The notes beneath the pieces are model-generated. The model was not told the origin of the DNA. It ran no database searches and worked only from the letters and a program-made list of their open reading frames with translations. 64,000 nt of DNA from an uncultured Bifidobacteriaceae bacterium (GTDB lineage: Bacteria > Verrucomicrobiota > Verrucomicrobiia > Limisphaerales > UBA11358). Both the position numbers and the translations under genes were made by a program. The stretch's first letter is position 1. Every line of letters starts with the position of its first letter. Below, in pieces: positions 34,285 through 42,880 of the stretch. The stretch spans positions 4,819 through 68,818 of the forward strand of contig CAZHIM010000003.1 of NCBI GenBank assembly GCA_964532525.1, read 5' to 3'.

Positions 34285-35790
34285 ATGAATGCCGTGAACG
34301 AGACTTTGATCCGAGACGTGGTGGCCGAAGTGCTTGGCAAGCTGGGCGGCGCCACCGCCACCGCCACAATATCGGCTCCGGCAGCCGCCCCCGCACCCCG
34401 GACAGAGCCTTGCGCGGGCAGCGTGAAACGATCCACCGGCGCGCCCGCGCTGCGCGGCAAGTTTGGCGTGTTTGCGACGGCGGACGAAGCTTGTGAAGCG
34501 GCGCAGGAAGCGTTTTTGCAATTGAAGGAAAAGGGCGTCGCGGCCCGCCGCAAGATCGAGAACATCGTCAAGACGATGGCGGAAAAGAACGCCGGGGCGT
34601 GGGGCAAGCTCGAATTGGACGAAACCCGGCTCGGCCGCCTCGACCACAAGATCGCCAAGCTTCAAATCCTCAAGCTTGTTCCCGGCGTGGACTGGTTGCG
34701 GCCCGATGCGCGCAGCGGCGACTTCGGCATTACGCTGGAGGAATACACTCCCTTCGGCGTGGTCGGCGCGATCACGCCCAGCACGCACTCGATTCCCACG
34801 ATGAGCGGCAACGTCGTGAGCATCACCGCCGCGGGAAATTCGGTGGTGTTCAATGCTCATCCCAGCGCGGCCCGGTGCGCAGCGGTGGCGGTGCGCGCCT
34901 ACAACGAGGCGATTTACCGTGAAACTGGCATCGAAAACGTCGCGTGCATCATCGAGAAACCGACGCTGGAATCGTTCAATGCGCTGTGCAAAAATGAATT
35001 CGTCCGCCTGCTGCTGGTCACCGGCGGCCCGGCCGTGGTCAAGGCGGCGATGCAGACGGGCAAGCGCGCGATTTGCGCCGGCCCGGGGAATCCTCCCGTG
35101 CTGGTGGATGACACCTGTTGTCCAACGCGCGCGGCCAAGGGGATCATCGCCGGCGCGGCCTTCGACAACAACCTCCTGTGCGTCGGCGAGAAACAGGTTT
35201 TCGTGCTCGACCAGGTTGCTGACAAGCTGATGCAGAAGCTTGCGGAAAACGGCGCGGTGAAGCTCAATTCCGCGCAGTTGGAAAAGCTCACGAAGGCGGC
35301 CTTTACCTTCAAGGAAGGGCAGGGGGGCGGTTGCGCCCACGCCAGCGTGAACAAGGATTTCATCGGCAAAGATCCCGGCGTTCTGGCGCAAGCCGCGGGC
35401 CTCAACCTGCCCGCCGGCACGCAGTTGCTTTTCGCCGAAACGGACGCGATGCATCCGTTCGTGCAGGAAGAACAGATGATGCCGTTCCTGCCGATCGTGC
35501 GTGTCAGAGATGTCGAGGAAGGCATCGCCTGCTCGCTGCAATCGGAACACAATTACAAACACACCGCCATCATTCACTCGCATGATGTCGAGCACATGAC
35601 GGCCATGGCGCGCGCGTTGGACACGACGCTGTTCGTGAAGAACGGCGCCTCTTCCACCGGTCTGGGGCTGGGCGGCGAGGGCTACCTGAGCTATTCGATC
35701 GCCACGCCCACGGGCGAAGGCATCACGAATCCGCGCACCTTCACCCGCGTCCGCCGCTGCGTGATGGTGGACAACCTGAGGATTTACTAG
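34285..35790 (+). CDS. CoA-acylating aldehyde dehydrogenase (PduP/EutE-like) with an N-terminal encapsulation peptide
   Basis: ORF 34285..35790(+). N-terminal amphipathic ETLIRDVVAEVLGKL followed by an Ala/Pro linker. ITPSTHSIPT, FDNNLLCVGEK (catalytic Cys), HSHDVEHM. Confidence 0.88.
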   Translation: MNAVNETLIRDVVAEVLGKLGGATATATISAPAAAPAPRTEPCAGSVKRSTGAPALRGKFGVFATADEACEAAQEAFLQLKEKGVAARRKIENIVKTMAEKNAGAWGKLELDETRLGRLDHKIAKLQILKLVPGVDWLRPDARSGDFGITLEEYTPFGVVGAITPSTHSIPTMSGNVVSITAAGNSVVFNAHPSAARCAAVAVRAYNEAIYRETGIENVACIIEKPTLESFNALCKNEFVRLLLVTGGPAVVKAAMQTGKRAICAGPGNPPVLVDDTCCPTRAAKGIIAGAAFDNNLLCVGEKQVFVLDQVADKLMQKLAENGAVKLNSAQLEKLTKAAFTFKEGQGGGCAHASVNKDFIGKDPGVLAQAAGLNLPAGTQLLFAETDAMHPFVQEEQMMPFLPIVRVRDVEEGIACSLQSEHNYKHTAIIHSHDVEHMTAMARALDTTLFVKNGASSTGLGLGGEGYLSYSIATPTGEGITNPRTFTRVRRCVMVDNLRIY

Positions 35791-35792
35791 GC

Positions 35793-36071
35793 ATGCAACT
35801 GGCGCGCGTCGAAGGCAACCTGGTGGCGACCCGGAAGCATCCGAGTTACGACGGGTGGCGGCTGGTGATTTGCCAGCCGATTGGCAACGCCGGCGAGTCT
35901 GAGGGGGCGCCGATCATTGCGATTGATTCGCACGGAGCGGGCATGCACCAGCATGTGATCATCTCGTCCGACGGCAAGGCGGCCCGCAAGGCCGTGGGGA
36001 TTGACCGCAGCCCGGTGCGCTGGCTGGTGATTGGCATCGTGGACGAAGCCAAGCCGGGCGAACGAATTTGA
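35793..36071 (+). CDS. BMC-P vertex protein, 92 aa
   Basis: MQLARVEGNLVATRKHPSYDGWRLVICQPIG...IAIDSHGAGMHQHVIISSDG...VRWLVIGIVDE. Confidence 0.85.
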   Translation: MQLARVEGNLVATRKHPSYDGWRLVICQPIGNAGESEGAPIIAIDSHGAGMHQHVIISSDGKAARKAVGIDRSPVRWLVIGIVDEAKPGERI

Positions 36072-36074
36072 AGT

Positions 36075-36380
36075 GTGAAACTAGGAACCGTCATTGGCCG
36101 CGTGACCTTGAGCCGGAGCGAGAAAGCGCTCACCGGCGGGCGTTTCCTCATCGTCAGCCCCTTCAGCCGGGAACAATACCATCAAGGGCTCTCGGCTGAG
36201 ACGGGCATGGGCACCGACCCCAGCCTGATCGTGTATGACGACTTGGGCGGTGGCGCGGGCGACGTGATCGGCTACGAAGAAGGCGGGGAGGCCGCCCAGC
36301 CGTTTCCGCAGCCCACGCCGGTGGACGCTTACAACTGTGCTTTGGTGGACGAGATATTTTACCGCCGCTGGAAGGGCTGA
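36075..36380 (+). CDS. BMC-P vertex protein, 101 aa, GTG start
   Basis: MKLGTVIGRVTLSRSEKALTGGRFLIVSPFS...LIVYDDLGGGAGDVIGYEEGGEAAQPF...VDAYNCALVDEI. Third EutN/CcmL paralog in the operon. Confidence 0.8.
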   Translation: MKLGTVIGRVTLSRSEKALTGGRFLIVSPFSREQYHQGLSAETGMGTDPSLIVYDDLGGGAGDVIGYEEGGEAAQPFPQPTPVDAYNCALVDEIFYRRWKG

Positions 36381-36400
36381 TTTAAATTTGAGCGTATTTT

Positions 36401-37492
36401 ATGAACCGAGTTATCAGTGTTCGTGACATTCAGGAAATGGTCCGCAATGGCCAGGCCGTCGTCATCCCGGACGACGCGCTCGTGACGCCGGCGGCGCGCG
36501 ATTTGATGGGCGAATTGGAAACGAATGGCCATTTGAAGCCAGCGGCATCCGCGAGCCCGGGCGCCTCTTCCGCAAACGGGGCCGGCCATGGCGCCGCCAA
36601 AAATGGCGAACCCTTGGCGCCGCCGGAGAAAAAGTATTCGTCGAAATCGTCCAAGGCGGAGCTGGAGGCCTATTTCAATTCCCCCTACGTGCACAGTCTC
36701 AAGCTGCAAATTTGTGAAATGGGCCGCCACCTGTGGGAACGGGAATACGTGGACGGCAACGGCGGCAACATGGCGATTCGCGTGGGCGAGGACATCGCCG
36801 TTTGCACTCCGACGCTGGTCAGCAAAGGGTCGCTCAAGCCTGAAGACATGTGCCTGGTGGATTTCGACGGGAATCAAATTCTCGGCCCGAAGAAACGCAC
36901 CAGCGAAATCTTGATGCATTTGCAGATTATGAAACGCCAGCCCAAGGCGGTGGCCACGTGCCATTGCCACCCGCCCTATGCCACGGCGTTCGCGGTGGTT
37001 GGCCAGGCGCCGCCCACCTGCATGCTGCCGGAATACGAGGTGTTCTGCTCGGTGGGGGTGGCACCTTATCGCACACCCGGTTCACCGGACATGGGCAAGC
37101 TGGTGGCTGATTTGAGCGACCAATACAACACCATTCTCATGTCGAATCACGGAGTGGTCACTTGGAGCCATAATACCATTGAGGAAGCCTACTGGCGCAT
37201 GGAGATCGTGGAGGCGTACTGTCGTACGATTGTGGTGGCGGGACAGCTCGGCAAGCCCATCAACACTTTCACCGGCCCGCAGATGAAGGAAATTCTCAAT
37301 ATCAAGCAGAGCCTGGGTTTCGTGGACCCGCGTTTTGGCATGAAGGAATGTGAGTTGTGCGACAGCGGGGAATGGCGTCCCGGCGTGACTTGCCCAACGG
37401 AGGCGGAACCGGCGGCCGGTCTCGATCCCGAGGCGGAAGCGATGGTCAAAGCGATTACGGACCAGATTCTGTGCCAGATTAACCCCGTCTAA
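36401..37492 (+). CDS. Class II aldolase (L-fuculose-/L-rhamnulose-1-phosphate aldolase type) with an N-terminal extra domain and a C-terminal amphipathic tail
   Basis: ORF 36401..37492(+). Aldolase core GNGGNMAIRVGEDIAVCTPTLVSKG...TSEILMHLQIMKRQPKAVATCHCHPPYATAF...LMSNHGVVTW. Residues 1-40 (VISVRDIQEMVRNGQAVVIPDDALVTPAARDLMGE) plus a ~60-aa Ala/Pro/Ser/Gly/Lys linker precede it. C-terminal tail EAEAMVKAITDQILCQINPV. Confidence 0.85.
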   Translation: MNRVISVRDIQEMVRNGQAVVIPDDALVTPAARDLMGELETNGHLKPAASASPGASSANGAGHGAAKNGEPLAPPEKKYSSKSSKAELEAYFNSPYVHSLKLQICEMGRHLWEREYVDGNGGNMAIRVGEDIAVCTPTLVSKGSLKPEDMCLVDFDGNQILGPKKRTSEILMHLQIMKRQPKAVATCHCHPPYATAFAVVGQAPPTCMLPEYEVFCSVGVAPYRTPGSPDMGKLVADLSDQYNTILMSNHGVVTWSHNTIEEAYWRMEIVEAYCRTIVVAGQLGKPINTFTGPQMKEILNIKQSLGFVDPRFGMKECELCDSGEWRPGVTCPTEAEPAAGLDPEAEAMVKAITDQILCQINPV

Positions 37493-37663
37493 GTCCTCCA
37501 CCTTTGCTGGAGAAACTTCCGAAGTTTGACAGCTCCGGGAGTGTTTGAGGAGTCTGCCTTTGGGGCACCGTTCAAAGTTTACGAAAGGACAGACAGTGCA
37601 AACGCCGGCCACCCGATGCCTTTTATCCGATCAGTGCCGAGGGGTGACTGAAGCCTAAAAACG

Positions 37664-37846
37664 ATGATGGATCTGACCTCCAATGAAGAAGAGTGGGGCC
37701 TATTGTTGTGGGGTAAAGTGTATGATACGAAGCTGGCGGATTGGTGCGCAATCAGCACTGGCACATTCGGATTTGATCCGGTAAATTTTGACGACACGAA
37801 CGCACTTGATTTGCCCCAGCGTTTTTATCGTATCGTTTGCCACTAA
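37664..37846 (+). pseudogene. Orphan 60-codon ORF resembling only the C-terminal FYRI-type domain of the large secreted proteins; a possible gene remnant
   Basis: ORF 37664..37846(+) ends ...WCAISTGTFGFDPVNFDDTNALDLPQRFYRIVCH. Compare the termini QQAFYRIVK (17101), QMFFRIQTQ (40853), NQFFRLLVSP (10354), ATFFRLVYP (56941). An in-frame TGA lies 15 nt upstream and there is no signal peptide. Confidence 0.35.
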
Positions 37847-37880
37847 TGGACCTGGGCAGACAGTTGCCGGCGTGAGAAAG

Positions 37881-40853
37881 ATGAAGATGAGTTTTAAAAA
37901 AATATCGTGGTTCGTGGCCGGCCTGCTGGTCTCGCTCCAATGGGCGGCCTGCGCGCCGCGGGCATCAGCAACCACGGCGATGATTTTTTGCAATGGCGAC
38001 ATGGGCACCGCGGCTGGTCTGACCTCTTCGCAAATCAGCGGTTTTCGCGCCTCGGGCCTCACCACCATGGTGCTGTTCGCGATGAGCATTTCGACGAATG
38101 GCACCTTTACTTATGGCGGCCAGACGATTTGCACCAACGGGGTGTATGTAGGGCCGTCCAACTGGGGGTCACTCCTCAGCCAGTGCCTGACGGCGCCATC
38201 GAGCGTGACCCGGATCGAGATGTGCGTCGGCGGCTGGGGCGACACGAGCTGGACCAGCATCAAGAACCTCATCGCCGCCAACGGCACCAGCTCCAGCACC
38301 GTGCTTTACCAAAACCTGAGCGCCTTGAAAAATGCCCTGGGAATCGCCGCCATCGACAGCGATGACGAGGGCACCTACGACTCGGGTTCGGCGATCAGCT
38401 TTGGCCAGATGTGCGCGGCCCTGGGCCTGAAATTGACGCTCTGTCCCTATACGGATTCCGGCTATTGGGCCGCGGTGAAAGCCGGTTTGGGCAGCGAGGT
38501 GGATTACACGTATCTCCAATGCTACTCCGGCGGCGCGGGCAACGATCCGGCGGCTTGGGCGAGCGCCATGGGAGTTCCCGTGTCGCAGATCACCCCGGGT
38601 TATTGGGACTCCGAGCGCGACACCACGTTTTTGACCAACATGCTGACGTGGGCAGGCGAAGGATGCACGGGAGGATTTCTCTGGCCGTCCTGCTCTGGCT
38701 GCACTCCCCCGGCCGGGCCCAGTGAAATGCTCCAATATGCGCAGTGGATAGATCAGGCCTTCTACATCTTCGAGCCGGTGGTGACGCCGGCCAACGGTTT
38801 TGCCGGCGTGGCGGCCTACAACCTTCAAGCCTTGCCCGCGAGCACGCTGTTCACCCTTTCAAACTCCGGTGCCAGCACACTTTCTTGGAGCGTAATCAAC
38901 ACTTCAAGCTGGCTGAATGTCTCAAGTTCCTCGGGCACCCTGGCCACCGGGGTGACGACGTCCGTGACCGTGAGCTTGAACACGGCCGTGGCGACCAATC
39001 TGACGCAAAGCGTTTATGCCGCCAGCATCGTTTTCAGCAACCAGACCGTCGCGGTGGCGGTGGCGCGCAATTTCACGTTGGACACTGCCATCGCCAACTG
39101 GCCCGTTGCGTTGACCGGACTCAACGCGGCGTTGCTCGCGAGTAATTCAGCCACGGCGGGCAGTCCGGGGGCCACGGCGTTTGATATTCCCAATGATTAT
39201 TGCTTTTACCAGCAGGGTTTGAGCGGCGGCACGCAAGGCCTGCCTTTAAGCGGCAATTTTCCCAGCCAGTGCGACAGCACGACGGTGTTTCAACTCGGAC
39301 CGTACGGGGCCGCCGATGCGTTGATCATGGGCGACACCCATGCCTCATCCGGCACGCTGGCGCTGGCCAGTCCGGCGGCGTTTAACTCCCTGGCCATCCT
39401 CGCCGCCTCGGCCAATGGCGGCGGTCAGGGGACATTTGTGCTGAACTTCACCAACGGCACCCATAGTCCGGTGTTTGCGTTCAATTGCCAGGACTGGTTT
39501 TACACGGTCACCAACGTGGCCATTCAAGGATTCGGGCGGCTGCAACTCTCGGGCTGGACAATCCAGAACAACGGCAGTTCCAATCCGAATCTTTATGAGA
39601 CCGTGGTCAATCTGGCCGCGCTCGGTCTGGCGCAGCCGATTTCTTCCATCACGTTTTCCAATCCGGTCGGTGCCGGTGGCTCGCAAAGCACGGCCATTTT
39701 TGCCATCAGCGGGATGCCTGCGAGCATTCCGGTGCAAACGCCCACTGGCTTGACGGCGATGCCCGGCAGCAACGCGACGGTGCAATTGTCTTGGCGTGCC
39801 TCAACGGGCGCGACGAACTACAACGTCAAACAGTCCGCGGTCAGCGGCAACTCGTATGTCACGGTCGCCGGAGTGCCCGGCACCAGCTACACGGCCACCG
39901 GTTTGGGCAACGGCTCGATTTATTACTACGTTGTGTCAGCGGTCGGCGTGGCCAACGAAAGCACGAACTCCAGCCAGGTCAGCGCCATGCCCGGCTCATA
40001 TTTAAGCTGGGCTTTGGCCGCGAACCCGGTTGCCTATTGGCCGCTGAATGAATCCTCCGGGACCCTCGCGTATGACCTGGTTCAAGGCAGCAACGGCATT
40101 TACGCCGGCGGTTACACCTTGACGACGGGCGGTTTCGTGGGCGCCGGATTCAACAATCCACACCGGATCGTGGTTTACAACGGTTCGAGCGGCGACACCC
40201 AGATTCCACGGCTGATCGGCAGCACCAATTTCTCGATCGTCTTTTGGGTCAAGACCGGCGCCACCGGCGGCAGTCCGAACTGGTATAACGGGATGGGCTT
40301 GGTGGACGGCGATGTTTCCGGCGTGGCCAACGATTTTGGTGTGGCGCTGGTCGGGGGCAAAGTTGGTTTTGGCATCGGCAATCCGGACACCACGTTGTCT
40401 TCCGTCAAGGCCATCAACAACAATGTCTGGCATCAGGTGGCCGTCACGCACGATGCGGGCAGCGGCGCGATGGACATTTATATTGATGGCGCGTTTGACA
40501 GCAGCCTGACCGGCCCCACCGGCGCGCACACCGCGCCGCCCGATCTGATGCTCGGCAGAATCCAAAGCGGCGGCGGATATTTCAACGGCAGCCTGTCCGA
40601 CGTGAGCATGTATCAGCAGGTGCTCTCGACGAATCAGATTGCCACGCTTTACCGGGCCGCCACCGGGCTGTTTTACAACGTGACGCTCACCAACCTGATC
40701 ACCGGAGGCAATCTCGTTTTGAGCTGGCCAGGCAATGGAAAATTGCTTGCCGCAACCAATCTGGCCGGACCGTGGGCAACCAATGTATCCAGCTCACCAG
40801 TTACCATGATGCCAACTCAGACGCAGATGTTTTTCCGCATACAAACGCAATAG
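37881..40853 (+). CDS. Secreted multidomain protein: GH18-like TIM barrel, Ig/BACON-like region, FN3, LamG, C-terminal FFRI-type domain; ~990 aa
   Basis: ORF 37788..40853(+), start trimmed to ATG 37881 (MKMSFKKISWFVAGLLVSLQWAACA). CVGGWGD...LGIAAIDSDDEG fits the GH18 DxDxE catalytic pattern. FN3-like PTGLTAMPGSNATVQLSWRASTGATNYNVKQS...YYYVVSAV. LamG opening VAYWPLNESSGTLAYD. Ends LVLSWPGNGKLLAATNLAGPWAT...QMFFRIQTQ. Confidence 0.6.
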   Translation: MKMSFKKISWFVAGLLVSLQWAACAPRASATTAMIFCNGDMGTAAGLTSSQISGFRASGLTTMVLFAMSISTNGTFTYGGQTICTNGVYVGPSNWGSLLSQCLTAPSSVTRIEMCVGGWGDTSWTSIKNLIAANGTSSSTVLYQNLSALKNALGIAAIDSDDEGTYDSGSAISFGQMCAALGLKLTLCPYTDSGYWAAVKAGLGSEVDYTYLQCYSGGAGNDPAAWASAMGVPVSQITPGYWDSERDTTFLTNMLTWAGEGCTGGFLWPSCSGCTPPAGPSEMLQYAQWIDQAFYIFEPVVTPANGFAGVAAYNLQALPASTLFTLSNSGASTLSWSVINTSSWLNVSSSSGTLATGVTTSVTVSLNTAVATNLTQSVYAASIVFSNQTVAVAVARNFTLDTAIANWPVALTGLNAALLASNSATAGSPGATAFDIPNDYCFYQQGLSGGTQGLPLSGNFPSQCDSTTVFQLGPYGAADALIMGDTHASSGTLALASPAAFNSLAILAASANGGGQGTFVLNFTNGTHSPVFAFNCQDWFYTVTNVAIQGFGRLQLSGWTIQNNGSSNPNLYETVVNLAALGLAQPISSITFSNPVGAGGSQSTAIFAISGMPASIPVQTPTGLTAMPGSNATVQLSWRASTGATNYNVKQSAVSGNSYVTVAGVPGTSYTATGLGNGSIYYYVVSAVGVANESTNSSQVSAMPGSYLSWALAANPVAYWPLNESSGTLAYDLVQGSNGIYAGGYTLTTGGFVGAGFNNPHRIVVYNGSSGDTQIPRLIGSTNFSIVFWVKTGATGGSPNWYNGMGLVDGDVSGVANDFGVALVGGKVGFGIGNPDTTLSSVKAINNNVWHQVAVTHDAGSGAMDIYIDGAFDSSLTGPTGAHTAPPDLMLGRIQSGGGYFNGSLSDVSMYQQVLSTNQIATLYRAATGLFYNVTLTNLITGGNLVLSWPGNGKLLAATNLAGPWATNVSSSPVTMMPTQTQMFFRIQTQ

Positions 40854-41214
40854 CCCTTGCGGATTTTTAAGGAGCCGCCTGATTTCCGCCGGTGAACGGT
40901 TGCTCAAGCGGCGCCGAAAGCCGGCGCGAATGATGAGATCAGTGTCGGAATTGGGTCGTAAGGCGACTCATCGCTTTGGACTATCGACGCCGGATCGCCG
41001 TTGCGGATAGCCTTTATAAAAATAGCTTGATCCAATGCCGCCCCGGCGGCGGGGAAAATCCGGGAACAGTGAATCGCGTTCGCCCCGGATAGCATTGGAC
41101 GAAAGAAACCAACACACCAACCATTTTGCCACGGACAAACCTGCGCCAACGATTCACCGGGCGGCACCGTTTTGGCCATTCACGCATCATTTACCATTGA
41201 ATCATTCAGATCCA

Positions 41215-42663
41215 ATGAAATCATCCTTTTTTAAAGCCGCCGCTGGCGTCCTCTGGCTGGCGGTTGGCTGGGCGTTCTGCTCCTTCGCGGCGCCAACGGC
41301 CCCGCAGCCCAATTATGTGATTATCCTGGCTGACGATTGCACTTTCAACGATTTGGACCTCTACGGCGGCCAGAATGCCCATACGCCAAATTTGGATTCA
41401 TTGGCTTCCCAGGGTTTGGTCTTCAATCATGCTTATCTGGCGATGGCCATCTGCCAGCCGTGCCGCTCGGAGCTGTACACGGGACAATTTCCCCTCCGCA
41501 ACGGCTGTGTCTGGAATCATGCAGCCTGCCGTCCCACCACCCGCAGCCTGCCACAGCACCTGGGCGCGCTGGGCTATCGGGTCGGCATCGCCGGCAAAAT
41601 TGATGTTTATCCCGAGAAATGTTTTCCCTTTGAAGAGGTGCCCGGCTTTGATCGCAATTGTGTGGATAATCCCACGAAGCCGCACACGCTCGGCGGGGTT
41701 CGCGAATTCATCACGCGCAAGGCGGAGCAACCCTTCTGTCTGGTCGTGGGCCTGGTGGAACCGCACGTGCCCTGGGTGATGGGTGATCCGTCCAAGTATC
41801 CTCCGGACCAGGTTAAACTCCCTCCGAACATTGCCGATACGCAGCGAACCCGCAGCGATTTTGGCCGCTACTTGGCTGAAATCACCTACATGGATGGCCA
41901 GGTGGGAGACATTCTGGCCACGCTGGAGGCCACCGGTTTGCAGAGCAACACGCTGGTGTTGTATTCCAGCGAACAGGGCTCGCAATTCCCGGGCAACAAG
42001 TGGACCTGCTGGGACACGGGGTTGCACACCGGCTTGATCGCCCGCTGGCCCGGCCGGGTGCCCGCAGGCAAACGCACCGATGCGATCGTGCATTATGCGG
42101 ACGTGGCGCCAACGTTGGTCGAACTGGCCGGCGGAAATCCAGCGGATAAGAACTACGAGTTTGACGGCCGCAGTTTTGCGGGCGTCTTGTCCGGCAGGCA
42201 GCAGACCCTCCGGAATTATGCCTATGGCATTCACGACAACGTTCCTGAAGGGTCGGCATATCCAAGCCGGACGGTGACCGACGGCCAGTGGCGCTTGATC
42301 CGTAACCTGACCCCCAACGAGCTTTATATCCAGAAGTATGTCATGGGGGCCCAGGGAAACAATGAACTCAACAACCCGTACTGGGGCACCTGGCTCTTCG
42401 TCTCGCCGGATCATCCAAAGACTTATCGCCTGATCAAGCGCTATATGATGCGGCCGTCGGAGGAATTGTATAACACCGCGAGGGACCCGTACGAGCTGAC
42501 CAACCTGATCGGAGACGCGCAATACACAGAGGTGAAAAACCACCTGGGCGCCGAACTGGACCGGTGGCTGGCGTCGCAGGGCGATCCCGGTGTGAACGTG
42601 GACACGTACCGGGTGCTCGGCGAGGCCAGGCGCGGCGTGTTTAACTTCGCTCCGCCGCCATAA
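41215..42663 (+). CDS. Sulfatase (Cys-type, formylglycine-dependent), secreted, ~482 aa
   Basis: ORF 41035..42663(+), start trimmed to ATG 41215 ([25 protein letters not shown] signal). [20 protein letters not shown]...HTPNLDSLA. CxPxR motif C-Q-P-C-R at 41452-41466. Confidence 0.85.
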   Translation: MKSSFFKAAAGVLWLAVGWAFCSFAAPTAPQPNYVIILADDCTFNDLDLYGGQNAHTPNLDSLASQGLVFNHAYLAMAICQPCRSELYTGQFPLRNGCVWNHAACRPTTRSLPQHLGALGYRVGIAGKIDVYPEKCFPFEEVPGFDRNCVDNPTKPHTLGGVREFITRKAEQPFCLVVGLVEPHVPWVMGDPSKYPPDQVKLPPNIADTQRTRSDFGRYLAEITYMDGQVGDILATLEATGLQSNTLVLYSSEQGSQFPGNKWTCWDTGLHTGLIARWPGRVPAGKRTDAIVHYADVAPTLVELAGGNPADKNYEFDGRSFAGVLSGRQQTLRNYAYGIHDNVPEGSAYPSRTVTDGQWRLIRNLTPNELYIQKYVMGAQGNNELNNPYWGTWLFVSPDHPKTYRLIKRYMMRPSEELYNTARDPYELTNLIGDAQYTEVKNHLGAELDRWLASQGDPGVNVDTYRVLGEARRGVFNFAPPP

Positions 42664-42880
42664 TTGCCGCGGGCGGGGGCGGGTCTTGAGGCAAGGCGGG
42701 GGAGCCGTGCAGTGGGAGCGCGTTCGATGTTTGGTGGCGCACAGAAATCCGGCAATCGTGGGCATCTCCGTGCGTGCCGGCATAACCCGCGTGGTGGCGG
42801 AGATTGATGGCAAACCGCCGGTCGTCATCGCTTTGGACGATGGACATCAAGTTAAGGCTGGCCTAGTTTCTAAAGTAGGC

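Noticed and set aside
33967-35595. 542-aa minus-strand ORF
   Set aside because: Antisense to the BMC-P and aldehyde dehydrogenase genes; a shadow ORF.
40904-41179. 91-aa minus-strand ORF in the gap before the 41215 sulfatase
   Set aside because: There is no recognisable motif, signal or partner gene. It overlaps the likely promoter and leader of the sulfatase. Support is insufficient.
41398-42828. 476-aa minus-strand ORF
   Set aside because: Antisense to the sulfatase at 41215..42663, which has a signal peptide and a CxPxR motif. The antisense translation has no recognisable features.
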